A DNA stretch of 41,681 nucleotides from an uncultured Acidimicrobiia bacterium (GCA_963836205.1 CAWIIV010000002.1:1-41681), one strand, 5' to 3'. Shown: positions 22,268 through 33,262, numbered from the stretch's first letter. The notes: a model not told the origin generated them from the letters alone. Translations and numbers: made by a program.

Positions 22268-23491
22268 CTAACGGGGAGGATTCTCCAGCTCGAAGCGGTC
22301 GTGGAGGGCGCGCACGGCCCGTTCGACGTCGGACCCGCGCACCACGCAGCTGATCCGGATGGACGACGTCGAGATCATCTCGATGTTCACACCCTCGTCG
22401 GCCAGGGCCTCGAACATGGTCGCGGCCACGCCCGGGTGGGTCTTCATCCCCGCCCCGACCAGGCTGATGCGGCCGATGTCGGAGTCGGCGAAGACCTCGG
22501 TGGCCCCGATCTCGACCTTCATCGCCTCGGTGACCCGCCGGGCGGCGGTGAGGTCGGCCTTGGGCAGGGTGAAGGAGATGTCGGTGACACCGCCGAGGGA
22601 GACGTTCTGCTCGATCATGTCGACGTTGACGGCCTCGTCGGCGAGGGCCCGGAACAGGCGGGCGGCGATGCCCGGCTTGTCGGGCACGCCCACCACGGTG
22701 ACCTTGGCCTCGGTGAGATCGTGGGTGACCCCCGAGATGATCGCCTTCTCCATTTCTTGATCCTCCTTGCGGACCCAGGTGCCCGGGGCCCAGGTGAAGC
22801 TCGATCGCACGTGCAGGGCCACGCCGTGGTTCCGGGCGAACTCCACCGACCGCAGGGCCAGCACCTTGCCCCCGGTGGCCGCCATCTCCAGCATCTCCTC
22901 GTACGAGACCGCCGACAGCCGGCGAGCGTTGGGCACGACCCGGGGGTCGGCGGTGTAGACGCCGTTCACGTCGGTGTAGATCTCGCAGGCGTCGGCGCCG
23001 AGGGCGGAGGCGAGGGCCACCGCGGTGAGGTCGGACGCCCCCCGTCCCATGGTGGTGACCTCCTTGTCGAGGGAAACCCCCTGGAAGCCGGCCACCACGA
23101 CCACCTGGCCGAGGGCCAGGCCCTCCCGCAGCCGGTCGGCCCGCACCTCGATGATCTTGGCCTTGCCGTGGGTGGAGTCGGTGACGATGCCGGCCTGGCT
23201 GCCGGTGAACGAGGTGGCGTGGACGCCCATGTCGTGGATGGCCATGCACAGCAGGGCCATGGAGATGCGCTCGCCGGCGCTGATGAGCATGTCGAGCTCG
23301 CGCAGGTGGGGCTCGGGGGAGACGTCGTGGGCCAGGCGGAGGAGGTTGTCGGTGGTCTTGCCCATGGCGCTGACGACCACGACCACGTTGTGGCCCTGGC
23401 GCCTGGTGTGCACGACGTGCTCCGCGACCGCCCGGATGCGGTCGGCGTCGGCCACGGACGTGCCGCCGTATTTCTGGACGACCAAGCTCAT
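22268..23491 (-). CDS. lysC: Aspartate kinase
   Basis: [38 protein letters not shown], two ACT domains ending ISTSSIRIS. Confidence 0.96.
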   Translation of the reverse strand: MSLVVQKYGGTSVADADRIRAVAEHVVHTRRQGHNVVVVVSAMGKTTDNLLRLAHDVSPEPHLRELDMLISAGERISMALLCMAIHDMGVHATSFTGSQAGIVTDSTHGKAKIIEVRADRLREGLALGQVVVVAGFQGVSLDKEVTTMGRGASDLTAVALASALGADACEIYTDVNGVYTADPRVVPNARRLSAVSYEEMLEMAATGGKVLALRSVEFARNHGVALHVRSSFTWAPGTWVRKEDQEMEKAIISGVTHDLTEAKVTVVGVPDKPGIAARLFRALADEAVNVDMIEQNVSLGGVTDISFTLPKADLTAARRVTEAMKVEIGATEVFADSDIGRISLVGAGMKTHPGVAATMFEALADEGVNIEMISTSSIRISCVVRGSDVERAVRALHDRFELENPPR

Positions 23492-23555
23492 GCGGGCAGC
23501 CTCATGACAGCCATTGTGGCCGGTCCGCGACCGGTCGCCGCTACGGTGGCTCCCC

Positions 23556-24400
23556 GTGTCTCCCAAGTCGAAGGTGAGGAAGAAGCCGGCCAAGCACCGC
23601 GACCCGCGGGCCCAGGCCCGGCAGGCGGCCTTGGCCGCGGCCCGGAAGTCCACCCGGCGGAAGTGGGGCGCGGGCGTCATCGTCGTCATGGTCGTCGTCC
23701 TGGTGTTCGGGGCGACGCAGGTGTTCGACTCCGGCGACGACGACTCCACCGTCGACTCGACCGACACCACGGTGGCCGAGGATCCGGCGGTGACGCCCGT
23801 GAGCCTGCCCACGCCGACCCCGGGAGCGACGATCACCGGCGAGACTCCCTGCCCCGCGGCCGACGGGACGTCGCCCCGCACCACCGGCTTCGCCGAAGCC
23901 CCGCCGACGTGCACCGTCGCCGGCAAGACCTACACCGCCGACATCCAGACGTCGAAGGGCCTCGTCACCATCGCCCTCGATTCGGACCTGGCGCCCAACA
24001 CGGTGAACAACTTCGTCGTCCTGGCCCGTTACCACTACTTCGACACCCAGCCCTTCCACCGCATCGTCAAGGGCTTCGTGGTGCAGGGCGGCTCGCCCGA
24101 CGCCACCGGCGGGGGCGGCCCCGGGTACTCCTTCGCCGACGAGCTGCCCGAGTCCGGCGGCTACGAGCTGGGCGCGGTGGCCATGGCCAACTCGGGAGCG
24201 GACACCAACGGCAGCCAGTTCTTCATCGTGTCGGGCGACGCCAGCTTCCTGAAGCTGACCTACTCGCGGTTCGGCCAGGTGACGGCAGGCATGGACGTCG
24301 TCGCCGCCATCGACGCGGTCGGCACCCCCTCGTCCAGCGCCCAGGCCGGCGCCCCGACCGAGGTGGTCACCATCCAGAACGTCACGATCAAGGAGACCTA

Positions 24401-24401
<1 letters not shown>
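23556..24401 (+). CDS. Membrane-anchored cyclophilin-type peptidyl-prolyl isomerase
   Basis: Basic N-terminus + TM helix; [30 protein letters not shown]. Confidence 0.92.
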
Positions 24402-24958
<557 letters not shown>

Positions 24959-24988
24959 GGAAGCCCTCGACGGACCAGGAGGTGGCGG

Positions 24989-25362
24989 ATGCGGAGGATC
25001 GACGGTGTCCGGTCGGCGTTGGTGGAGCGCGGCGGCGGTGAGTCGCGGTGATCGCCACCGGCTGCGGCGGCTCGGAGTCCTCGATGTGCGCTCGCTCGGG
25101 CGGGGCCGAGGTGTGCCTGGTCGGTACGGCGAGCTACCGGTTGACGGCGAGCGGCCTCCAGCCCGGCTCCGAGGTGCGCCTCGCCGTCAACGGGCAGGAG
25201 ACCCTGCCGGTGAAAGCCGACGAGGAGGGCAGGCTCACCCGGACGGGGACGGTTGTGGGCGTGGTCAGGGGCCAGGTCGACCAGAAGGCCACGATCACCG
25301 CCACGACCGCCGAGGGGGTGCCGGCCACGTTCGAGATCGACGTCCCTGGCGCCGGGAACTAA
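24989..25362 (+). pseudogene. Small putative lipoprotein with a frameshifted signal peptide
   Basis: AGGAGG + ATG 24989 (MRRIDGVRSALV...) stops at 25051; the lipobox-bearing frame VAVIATGCGG continues to 25362. Confidence 0.5.
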
Positions 25363-26027
25363 CCGGCGGGGAGGGCGTCCAGACCCTTCTTCTCGCCGTT
25401 GACGAAGACGGTGGCGGCGCCGGCACCGGCGACCGACCACGCGCCCTCCGGGGAGCGGATCACCGCCGTCTGCTCGTCGACGCCGACCACGGCCAGGCCC
25501 GCGGGCGCCAAGTGGACGGTGCGGCGGGCCTTCTCCGGCGACCACCCGTCGTGGTGGGGGAGGATCGTGAGGCCGCCCAGCAGCCCGAGGCCGACGGTGA
25601 AGGCGCCGCCCCGCATGTCGACCATCGGGTCGCAGAGCACCATGGCCCCGGCCGACGAGGCGGCCAGGACCGCCCCGCCCTTCCACGCTTCTACCAACGC
25701 GTCCCAGACCGCGGAGTCCTTGAGCACCGACCGCAGGTGCATGGGCGAGCCGCCCGAGAGGTAGACGAACTTCGCCTCCCGCACCGCGTCGGCGTTGGCC
25801 TCCACGTTGGCGTCGGTCCGGCGCAGCACCATCAGCCCCCGGGCGGTGCCGCCCAGGCGGGCGAAGTGGGCCACGGCCGTCTCCACCGCCCGCTCCGGGT
25901 GCTCGTAGGCGGCGGCGGTGGGCAGCACCAGCACCTCGGCACCCCCGCTGGCCTCCAGCAGGTCCTTGTCGAACGTGCAGCCCTCACGCCACTCGCCCCC
26001 GCCCACCAGCGCCAACGCTCCGTTCAT
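25359..26027 (-). CDS. Peptidase S51 / cyanophycinase-like (class I GATase-like) protein
   Basis: LVGGGE, LPTAAAYE, YLSGGSP, ASSAGAM (nucleophile Ser), ILPHHD, GVDEQTA. Confidence 0.88.
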   Translation of the reverse strand: MNGALALVGGGEWREGCTFDKDLLEASGGAEVLVLPTAAAYEHPERAVETAVAHFARLGGTARGLMVLRRTDANVEANADAVREAKFVYLSGGSPMHLRSVLKDSAVWDALVEAWKGGAVLAASSAGAMVLCDPMVDMRGGAFTVGLGLLGGLTILPHHDGWSPEKARRTVHLAPAGLAVVGVDEQTAVIRSPEGAWSVAGAGAATVFVNGEKKGLDALPAG

Positions 26028-26059
26028 GGCCCGCAACCTACCCGGGCCAGACTGAGGCG

Positions 26060-26449
26060 ATGGACGACGACCTGACCGTGTGCCCGGTCCCCGGCAAGGG
26101 CCGAGGAGTCGTCGCCCGGCGGGCGTTCCGGCGCTACGAGGTGGTCGAGTCGGCGTCGGTCGTGGTGCTGTCGGCCGAGGAGTGGGCCGCGGTCGAGGGG
26201 ACGATCCTCGGCCACTACGCCTTCCGATGGGGCGACGAGAGCGACGATCGGGCGCTCGCCCTGAGCATCGCCTCGTTCTTCAACCACTCCTACACACCCA
26301 ACACCTGCCCCAAGCTGCGCGTCGACGACCTGCGGATCGACTTCCTGGCCATCGACGACATCGCCTCGGGCGACGAGCTCACCTTCAACTACAACGGGCG
26401 CCCGTCGGACAACGCGCCCCTCTGGTTCGTGCCCGCCGGCGGGGGTTAG
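26060..26449 (+). CDS. SET-domain protein (lysine methyltransferase-like)
   Basis: KGRGVVA, SFFNHSYTPN, IASGDELTFNY. Confidence 0.92.
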   Translation: MDDDLTVCPVPGKGRGVVARRAFRRYEVVESASVVVLSAEEWAAVEGTILGHYAFRWGDESDDRALALSIASFFNHSYTPNTCPKLRVDDLRIDFLAIDDIASGDELTFNYNGRPSDNAPLWFVPAGGG

Positions 26450-26607
26450 GAGTCCCAGGCCGCCCAGCGCCAGGGGCGGACGTCGGGCGGGCCGTGGCGG
26501 TGGGTGGCCGCGTCACCGCCGCCGTCCGGCTCGAGCATCGTCACCGCCAGGGCCACCGCGATGGCGATGACCTCGGGCGGTACCGGCTCAGAGGGGGACG
26601 TTGCCAT
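26446..26607 (-). CDS. Probable acyl-CoA carboxylase epsilon subunit, 53 aa
   Basis: MATSPSEPVPPEVIAIAVALAVTML...RPWRWAAWDS; ATG overlaps the carboxyltransferase 3' end, as in actinobacterial accE/pccE; absent from the ORF track. Confidence 0.7.
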   Translation of the reverse strand: MATSPSEPVPPEVIAIAVALAVTMLEPDGGGDAATHRHGPPDVRPWRWAAWDS

Positions 26608-28150
26608 GCTTGCGGCGGGGCCCGTCGCCCCGCTTGGATCGGAGCATCTCGAGGCCCCGGGCCACCGCCACCCGGGTCTGGGACGGATCGATCACGTCGT
26701 CGACGAAGCCCCGCTCGGCCGCCACCCACGGGTTGGCGAAGCGCTCGGCGTAGTCCTCGGCCAGGGTCCGGTGGAGGGCGGCCCGGCCGGGGCCGGCGGC
26801 GTCGAGCTCGTGGCGGTGGATGATGTCGACCGCCCCCGGGGGCCCCATCACCGACACCTCGGCCGTGGGCCAGGCGAAGGCGAGGTCGGCGCCCACCGCC
26901 TTGGAGTTCATGACCACGTAGGCCCCCCCGTAGGCCTTGCGGGTGACGACCTGGATGCGGGGGACGGTGGCCTCGCAGAAGGCGTAGAGGAGCTTGGCCC
27001 CGTGGCGGATGATCCCGCCCAGCTCCTGGTCGGTGCCGGGGAGGAAGCCGGGGACGTCGACGAAGGCCACCAGGGGGATGTTGAAGGCGTCGCACGTGCG
27101 CACGAAGCGGGCCGCCTTCTCCGAGGCGTCGACGTCGAGCACGCCCGCCAGCACCTGGGGCTGGTTGGCCACGATGCCGACCGGCCACCCGTCGACCCGG
27201 GCCAGGCCGCACACGATGTTGCGGGCCCACAGGGGCGAGTACTCGTACAGCTCGCCCCCGTCGACGACGGCCGAGATCACCCGCTTCATGTCGTAGGGGC
27301 CGTGGAGGTTGGCGGGCAGGACGTTCTCCAGCTCCGGTGTGAGCCGGTCGGCGGGGTCGGTGGCGTGGGGCAGCCGGGGCGGCGCCTCGCCGTTGTTCGA
27401 CGGGAGGAAGCCGAGCAGCCGGCGGACGTCGTCGAGGCAGGCCTTGTCGTCGGAAGCGGTGAAGTGGGCCACGCCCGACCGGGTGGCGTGGGTGATGGCC
27501 CCGCCCAACTCCTGGAGGCTGACGTCCTCGCCGGTGACGGTCTTCACCACGTCGGGGCCGGTGATGAACATGTACGACGAGTCCTCCACCATGAACACGA
27601 AGTCGGTGAGGGCGGGGCTGTAGACGGCCCCGCCGGCGCAGGGGCCCATGATCACGCTGATCTGGGGGATGCGGCCCGACGAGCGGGTGTTGCGCTGGAA
27701 GATCTCCCCGTAGCCGACGAGCGACGCCACTCCCTCCTGGATGCGGGCGCCGGCGCCGTCGTTGAGGCCCACGAGGGGGGCGCCCACGCCGGCGGCCAGG
27801 TCCATGACCTTGTGGATCTTGCCGGCGAACGCCTCGCCCAGCGACCCGCCGAAGACGGTGAAGTCCTGGGAGAAGAGGAAGACCTGGCGGCCCTCCACCG
27901 TGCCCCAGCCGGTGATGACGCCGTCGGTGTAGGGCCGGTCGTTCTCCAGCCCCATCCCGGTGGCGTGATGGCGGACGAGGAGGTCGAGCTCGTTGAAGCT
28001 GCCCTCGTCGAGGAGGTACTCCACCCGCTCCCGGGCCGTCATCTTGCCCCGGGCGTGCTGGCGGGCGACTGCCTTCTCCGACCCGGCGTGGACCGCCTGG
28101 TCACGGCGCCGGGCCAACTCGGCGGTGCGCTCGGGCATCGAGTGGTCCAT
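26588..28150 (-). CDS. pccB: Acyl-CoA (propionyl-CoA) carboxylase beta subunit
   Basis: GKMTARER, QDFTVFGGSLG, GARIQEG, GPCAGGAVYSP, DVPGFLPG, RKAYGGAY, KHGNVPL. Confidence 0.93.
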   Translation of the reverse strand: MDHSMPERTAELARRRDQAVHAGSEKAVARQHARGKMTARERVEYLLDEGSFNELDLLVRHHATGMGLENDRPYTDGVITGWGTVEGRQVFLFSQDFTVFGGSLGEAFAGKIHKVMDLAAGVGAPLVGLNDGAGARIQEGVASLVGYGEIFQRNTRSSGRIPQISVIMGPCAGGAVYSPALTDFVFMVEDSSYMFITGPDVVKTVTGEDVSLQELGGAITHATRSGVAHFTASDDKACLDDVRRLLGFLPSNNGEAPPRLPHATDPADRLTPELENVLPANLHGPYDMKRVISAVVDGGELYEYSPLWARNIVCGLARVDGWPVGIVANQPQVLAGVLDVDASEKAARFVRTCDAFNIPLVAFVDVPGFLPGTDQELGGIIRHGAKLLYAFCEATVPRIQVVTRKAYGGAYVVMNSKAVGADLAFAWPTAEVSVMGPPGAVDIIHRHELDAAGPGRAALHRTLAEDYAERFANPWVAAERGFVDDVIDPSQTRVAVARGLEMLRSKRGDGPRRKHGNVPL

Positions 28151-28163
28151 GCGGCGACCCAGG

Positions 28164-29036
28164 CTACCGGCGGGTGAGTTTGTCGACTCTCTCGACCAGC
28201 CGGGGGGCGTCCAGTCGGGCGGCCAGCTCGGTGAGGTCGAGCGCCGGACCCGCCCACCGGATGTCGTCGACGACCTCGAGGACGGGGGCGTCGGCCCGGA
28301 GGGTGGCCAGGTCGCGGAAGAGGAAGGCCAGGTCGCGCTCGGCGTTGAACGTGGCCGACAGGGCGTTGGCGCTGCGCACGTCGACCGTCCACCGCCACCC
28401 GTGTTCCGGGATGTCCTCCAGGTGGGGGTAGTGGAGGAGGACGGTGGCGGCGCCCTTCTTGCCCCACCCCTTCAGCCCGGGGAACCCGTCGGCCGAGTCG
28501 CCCACCAGGGCCAGCCAGTCGGGGATCGACTCGGGGGGCACGCCGTACTTGGCCTTCACCCCGGCCTCGTCGGTGAGGATGTTCTGGCGGCGGTCGAGCT
28601 GGACCACCCGGGTGCCGACCACGCACTGGGCGAGGTCCTTGTCGGGGGTCATGACGATCACCTGCTCGACCTCGGGGTCGGCCGCCGCCGTCTTGGCCGC
28701 CGCGGCCAGGGCGTCGTCGGCCTCCAGGTCGACCATCGGCCACACGGCCACGCCCAGCGCCTCCAACGCCTCCTCGAGGAGGGGGAACTGGGCCAGGAGG
28801 ACGGGCGGCATGCCCGCGCTCGACTTGTAGCCCGGCCACAGGTCGTTGCGGAACGACTCGATGACGTGGTCGGTGGCCACGCCCAGGTGGGTTGCCCCCT
28901 CCTCCAGCAGGGTCACCACGCTGTACATGACGCCCCGCACCGCCCGCACCGGGTCGTCCTCGGCGGTGGCCCCGGGAGGGAGGCCGTAGTAGTGGCGGAA
29001 GAGCTCGTACGTGCCGTCGAGGAGGTGGACCTTCAC
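28164..29036 (-). CDS. 5'-3' exonuclease / flap endonuclease
   Basis: LLDGTYELFR, FRNDLWPGYK, EADD, DKD, LVGDSADGFPGLKGWGKKGA (H3TH). Confidence 0.92.
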   Translation of the reverse strand: MKVHLLDGTYELFRHYYGLPPGATAEDDPVRAVRGVMYSVVTLLEEGATHLGVATDHVIESFRNDLWPGYKSSAGMPPVLLAQFPLLEEALEALGVAVWPMVDLEADDALAAAAKTAAADPEVEQVIVMTPDKDLAQCVVGTRVVQLDRRQNILTDEAGVKAKYGVPPESIPDWLALVGDSADGFPGLKGWGKKGAATVLLHYPHLEDIPEHGWRWTVDVRSANALSATFNAERDLAFLFRDLATLRADAPVLEVVDDIRWAGPALDLTELAARLDAPRLVERVDKLTRR

Positions 29037-29064
29037 GGCGCCCAGCCTTTCAGACTCACTCCGT

Positions 29065-29101
29065 TGTGCAGTTGTGGCGGTATATCCAACACAACTGCAC
29101 A
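29065..29101. repeat. Perfect 12-bp inverted repeat (hairpin)
   Basis: TGTGCAGTTGTG-n13-CACAACTGCACA. Confidence 0.8.
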
Positions 29102-29108
29102 GCCAACT

Positions 29109-29483
29109 TCAGTCCTCGGGTCGGTGGCACACCGCCTCGACGTTGTTGCCGTCGGGGTCGCGGACGAAGGCGCCGTAGTAGTTCGGGTGGTACTCGGGCC
29201 ACACCCGGGGCGGGTGAAGTGGCTCGGCGCCCGAGGCCACCGCGGCCTCGAACCACGCTCGCACCGAGGCCCGGTCGGGGGCGGCGAAGGCGACGTGGAC
29301 GTCGGTGTGGGCGCCGCCCGGTCCGGCGGTGCCGATCCAGAACGTCGGCTGCTGACCGACGCCGTAGCCGATCTGGTCGCCGTAGGACATGATCCGCCCG
29401 CCGCCGATGGCGGGCAGGACGGCCTCGTAGAAGGCGGCGGAGGCGTCGAGGTCGGCGACCTGCAGGGAGAGGTGGTCGAGCAT
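29109..29483 (-). CDS. VOC / glyoxalase family protein
   Basis: MLDHLSLQVADL...HVAFAA...YYGAFVRDPDGNNVEAVCH. Confidence 0.92.
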   Translation of the reverse strand: MLDHLSLQVADLDASAAFYEAVLPAIGGGRIMSYGDQIGYGVGQQPTFWIGTAGPGGAHTDVHVAFAAPDRASVRAWFEAAVASGAEPLHPPRVWPEYHPNYYGAFVRDPDGNNVEAVCHRPED

Positions 29484-29491
29484 CCCAGTCG

Positions 29492-30091
29492 TCAGCCGTC
29501 GAGGGTACGGCGACCTTCGAGCGCCCGGCCGAGGGTGAGCTCGTCGGCGTATTCGAGGTCGCCGCCCACAGGCAGGCCGCTCGCGATCCGGGTGGTCTTC
29601 ACGCCCAGCGGCTTGAGCAGCCGGGCCAGGTACATGGCCGTGGCCTCGCCCTCGATGTTGGGGTTGGTGCAGAGGATGACCTCCACCACCCCCTCCGGCT
29701 CCAGGCGCAGAAGCAGCTCCCGCACCCGCAGCTGGTCGGGACCGATGCCCTCCAGCGGGTTGATCGCCCCCTGAAGCACGTGGTAGCGGCCCCGGAACTC
29801 CGACGTCTTCTCCACCGCCACCACGTCGCGTGGCTCCTCGACCACGCACAGGATCGACGTGTCCCGCCGCCCGTCGGTGCAGATGCCGCACTCGCTGCCC
29901 TCGGTGACGTTGAAGCAGCGTTGGCAGAACGACACCCGGTCCTTGGCGTCGGTGATGGCTCGGGCCAGGCGGCCGGCGTCGTCCTTGGACAACTTGAGCA
30001 GGTGGAAGGCGATGCGCTGCGCCGACTTCGGCCCCACGCCCGGCAGACGGCCGAGCTCGTCGATCAGGGTCTGGACGGGGACTGCGTACAC
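29492..30091 (-). CDS. recR: Recombination mediator RecR
   Basis: [12 protein letters not shown]4 Zn finger CQRC...CGIC, Toprim [29 protein letters not shown]. Confidence 0.97.
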   Translation of the reverse strand: MYAVPVQTLIDELGRLPGVGPKSAQRIAFHLLKLSKDDAGRLARAITDAKDRVSFCQRCFNVTEGSECGICTDGRRDTSILCVVEEPRDVVAVEKTSEFRGRYHVLQGAINPLEGIGPDQLRVRELLLRLEPEGVVEVILCTNPNIEGEATAMYLARLLKPLGVKTTRIASGLPVGGDLEYADELTLGRALEGRRTLDG

Positions 30092-30110
30092 GCGAGGTGG
30101 GTGTGGGAGG

Positions 30111-30449
30111 TCACCCCCCCAGGAGCCCCCCGAGGCCACCCAGGTCGATGCCACCCATGGCCTGCTCCGTGACCTCGGCGGTCTTGCCCACCGCATCGCG
30201 GATGGCGGCCAGCACCAGGTCTTCGAGCATGCCGATGTCGTCGGGGTCGACCACCGAGGGATCGATCGACACCGACAGGAACTCCATGGCCCCGTTGACC
30301 TTCACCTTGACCACCCCGCCGCCCGACTGACCCTCGATCTCGGCCTCTTCCGCCGCGGCCCGGGCCTGCATCATCTGTTCCTGCATCTTCTGGGCCTGCT
30401 TGAGCAGGGCGCTCATGTCAGGCTGCTGGGGCATCGGCTGCTTCGGCAT
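30111..30449 (-). CDS. ybaB: YbaB/EbfC nucleoid-associated protein
   Basis: [32 protein letters not shown]; located between dnaX and recR. Confidence 0.93.
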   Translation of the reverse strand: MPKQPMPQQPDMSALLKQAQKMQEQMMQARAAAEEAEIEGQSGGGVVKVKVNGAMEFLSVSIDPSVVDPDDIGMLEDLVLAAIRDAVGKTAEVTEQAMGGIDLGGLGGLLGG

Positions 30450-30452
30450 TCG

Positions 30453-32288
30453 TCACTCCTCCACCAACGTGGCGCCCTCGAACGCCTGCATGACATGGTC
30501 GACCGGCGACGATACCCCGGGTGACGGGGCATCACGCAGGTCTCGGGGGTCGATCTGCTCGTCCTCCTCGCGCTCGGGGATCTCGGCGGTGCCGACCTCG
30601 GTCTCCACGAGGAGTTTGAGGGGCACCCGCCGTCCGAAATGGGCGGCCAAGGCCTGCTCGACGTCGCCCTGGACCTCGGCGCACCGCTGGCGGTGGATCG
30701 GCGTCGGTAGGGCGAAGCCGGCCACACCCGGATCGGCGACGTCGACGAACCGTCCCGCCCGGAAACGGGCCCGAGGCTTGGGAGGGAGGTTGGGGAGGAT
30801 GACGTCGCCCCAGGCGAGCGTGAGGTCGTCGCGGGACGGGAAGGCGCCGGCGGGGGCTGCTGCCGCCGGGGTGGCTGCCGGAGCGGCCGGGCTCGGTGCC
30901 GGCGGCGGTGGAGCAGGTGGGGGTGTGCTCGCCCGGGACGGACCGGACTGGCCCCGCACGCCGCCGAGCGCCAACCGGGCTGCCGCGGCCGGCGACTCGA
31001 CCGCCGGGACCGCGCCCGCCGGTGCCTCTGCGGGTGCCGACGCTGGCGTCCGGGGTGCCGTCGGCGTGCCCGGAGCCGTGCCGTGGGTCGTGGGGGTACC
31101 GCGGTCCCCGGCGGGGGTCGTGGGTCGTGCCGGTGGGGCCGGTCCCGTCGTCGCCGGCGAGCCGCCCGCGGCGGGCGTCGGCGTCCCGGCGGCCATCCGC
31201 CGCTCCAGGCGCTCGATGCGCTCGAGCATGGCCGCGGGGGAGACGTCGGCCTCGGGCCGGCACAGCCGCACCAGGGAGACCTCCAGTAGCACCCGGGTAT
31301 CCGGGGCGTCGCGCATGGCGATGAGGGCGTCGCCCAGCACCTCCATGGCCCGGACGATGGCGGCCCGTCCCATGCGGGCGGCCTGGCTCTCCATGCGGGC
31401 CACCTCGTCGTCGGGCAGCCCCACCAGCCCCCGGGCGACGGTGGCCAGGAACGCCTGGCGGAGGTGTTCGAGCAGCTCACCGGCCAGGCGGCGGGGGTCG
31501 TGGCCCGCGCTCACCCGCGCCGCCACCGCCACCAGGGCCCGGCCCACGTCGCGCTCGCACAGGGCCTCCACCACCTCGTCGGTCGACGGCCCGGCGTCGT
31601 CGATGCCCCCCGCGGCGGCCACCTGGTCGAGCTTGGACAGGGCGTCGCGGACCGATCCCGCTCCCCGTTTGGCCACCAGCCGGATGACCTCGTCGGGGAT
31701 GTCGAGCCCGGCCTGCTCCGCCACCCACCGGAGATGGTCGGCCAGCATGTCGGTGGAGAGCAGGTGGAACTCGAAGTGCTGGGTGCGGCTGCGGATGGTG
31801 GGAAGCACCTTCTGCGGCTCGGTGGTGGCGAGCACGAAGATCACGTGCCCGGGCGGCTCCTCCAGCGTCTTCAGGAGGGTGTTCGAGGCCTCGGTGGTGA
31901 GCATGTGGACCTCGTCGACGATGTAGACCTTCCACCGTCCGGGAGTGCCGAGGTTGGCCCGGGACACCAGGTCGCGCATGGCGTCGACCCCCCGGTTGGA
32001 GGCGGCGTCGAGCTCGACCACGTCGAGCGATCGGCCCTCGGCGATCTCTACGCACGAGGTGCACACGCCGCACGGCTCACCGGCGTCGGGATTGGCGCAG
32101 TTCAGCGCCTTGGCCAGGATGCGGGCGCTCGATGTCTTCCCCGTGCCCCGGGGGCCGCTGAACAGGTAGGCGTGGGTGACCCGGCCGTCCCGCACCGCGT
32201 TGCGCAGGGTGTGGCTGACGTGGTCCTGGCCCCGGACGTCTATGAAGCGCTGGGGCCGGAAGCGCCGGTAGAGCGACTGGAAGGCCAT
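30453..32288 (-). CDS. dnaX: DNA polymerase III subunit gamma/tau
   Basis: LYRRFRPQRF, GPRGTGKTS, Zn cysteines, ELDAASNRG, DEVHML, LKTLEEPP, TIRSR. Confidence 0.97.
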   Translation of the reverse strand: MAFQSLYRRFRPQRFIDVRGQDHVSHTLRNAVRDGRVTHAYLFSGPRGTGKTSSARILAKALNCANPDAGEPCGVCTSCVEIAEGRSLDVVELDAASNRGVDAMRDLVSRANLGTPGRWKVYIVDEVHMLTTEASNTLLKTLEEPPGHVIFVLATTEPQKVLPTIRSRTQHFEFHLLSTDMLADHLRWVAEQAGLDIPDEVIRLVAKRGAGSVRDALSKLDQVAAAGGIDDAGPSTDEVVEALCERDVGRALVAVAARVSAGHDPRRLAGELLEHLRQAFLATVARGLVGLPDDEVARMESQAARMGRAAIVRAMEVLGDALIAMRDAPDTRVLLEVSLVRLCRPEADVSPAAMLERIERLERRMAAGTPTPAAGGSPATTGPAPPARPTTPAGDRGTPTTHGTAPGTPTAPRTPASAPAEAPAGAVPAVESPAAAARLALGGVRGQSGPSRASTPPPAPPPPAPSPAAPAATPAAAAPAGAFPSRDDLTLAWGDVILPNLPPKPRARFRAGRFVDVADPGVAGFALPTPIHRQRCAEVQGDVEQALAAHFGRRVPLKLLVETEVGTAEIPEREEDEQIDPRDLRDAPSPGVSSPVDHVMQAFEGATLVEE

Positions 32289-32363
32289 CGGAACCGACGT
32301 TAGGCCCTGGGTGGGACACCCTGGGTCGACGGCCGGGGCCGACGAGGCGGGGCCGCCATTCGA

Positions 32364-32472
32364 CGCAGCGGCCAGGCTGGACTGCGGCACACGGGTCCCG
32401 CCGCTGAGAGCTGCTGCCTTCCGGCCCTGACTCGGTTCACGGGGTTCCGTTGCGCAGGACCCAGCCGCTGCG
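32364..32472 (-). ncRNA. ffs: Signal recognition particle RNA (4.5S)
   Basis: Minus strand GTGAACCGAGTCAGGGCCGGAAGGCAGCAGC helix-8 motif; closing stem CGCAGCGG/CCGCTGCG; upstream of dnaX. Confidence 0.93.
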
Positions 32473-32522
32473 TGGATCGGCGGCCCGGCACCTCTTCAGT
32501 GACGATACCGTTGTTTCTACCC

Positions 32523-32610
32523 GGAGGGGTGCGGGAGCGGCCGATCCGGCACGCCTGGAGAGCGTGTAAGGGGCAACCCTTCGTGGGTTCAAATCCCACT
32601 CCCTCCGCCA
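32523..32610 (+). tRNA. tRNA-Ser(GGA)
   Basis: GGAGGGG/TCCCTCC acceptor stem, anticodon arm CACGC-CTGGAGA-GCGTG, long variable arm, GGTTCAAATCC, encoded CCA. Confidence 0.96.
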
Positions 32611-32677
32611 GACGGAAGACGATCCGGGCGCCCCCAGCCCGCCCGGATCCGTCTTCCTCTTCTATGGTCGGCGCGCG

Positions 32678-33169
32678 ATGGTCGTGCCTGAACCTGTCCT
32701 TTGTCTGCATGACGATGCCGCGGCCATGGATGTCGCCCTCGACGAGGCCCGGGCCGCGGCCGCCCACGGCGACGTCCCGGTGGGCGCGGTGGCGATAGTC
32801 GGCGGCGAGATCGTGGCCCGGGCCCACAACGAGCGCGAGCGCCGGGGGGATCCCACGGCCCACGCCGAGATCCTCGTCCTCCGGGCCGCGGCCAAGCTCG
32901 CTGGCGGATGGCGGTTGGGAGACGTGACCGTCGTGGTGACGCTCGAGCCGTGCCCCATGTGCGCCGGGGCGCTGGTGGCCGCCCGGGTCGGCCGCCTCGT
33001 CTTCGGCGCCGCCGACCCCCGGGCGGGGGCCTGCGGGTCGCTCTACAACCTGTGCGCCGATCCCCGCCTCAACCACGAGCTTCCCGTCACCGGGGGAGTG
33101 CGGGCAGAGGAGTCGGCCGCCCTCCTCTCCGCCTTCTTCGCCGAGCGCCGGCCCCGCCCACTAGCCTGA
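32678..33169 (+). CDS. tadA: tRNA adenosine(34) deaminase
   Basis: DVPVGAV, AHAE, TLEPCPMCAGA, FGAADPRAGACGS; start uncertain. Confidence 0.93.
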   Translation: MVVPEPVLCLHDDAAAMDVALDEARAAAAHGDVPVGAVAIVGGEIVARAHNERERRGDPTAHAEILVLRAAAKLAGGWRLGDVTVVVTLEPCPMCAGALVAARVGRLVFGAADPRAGACGSLYNLCADPRLNHELPVTGGVRAEESAALLSAFFAERRPRPLA

Positions 33170-33174
33170 CCCCC

Positions 33175-33259
33175 GGAGGGATGCGAGAGCGGCCGAATCG
33201 GACGGTCTCGAAAACCGTTGTGGCGCAAGTCACCGTGGGTTCGAATCCCACTCCCTCCG
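33175..33259 (+). tRNA. tRNA-Ser(CGA)
   Basis: GGAGGGA/TCCCTCC acceptor stem, anticodon arm ACGGT-CTCGAAA-ACCGT, long variable arm, GGTTCGAATCC; CCA not encoded (CCC). Confidence 0.95.
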
Positions 33260-33262
33260 CCC

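Noticed and set aside
32583-33261. Shared 3' sequence GTGGGTTC(A/G)AATCCCACTCCCTCCGCC as attL/attR around tadA
   Set aside because: Both copies belong to complete tRNA-Ser genes with different anticodons; this is ordinary isoacceptor similarity
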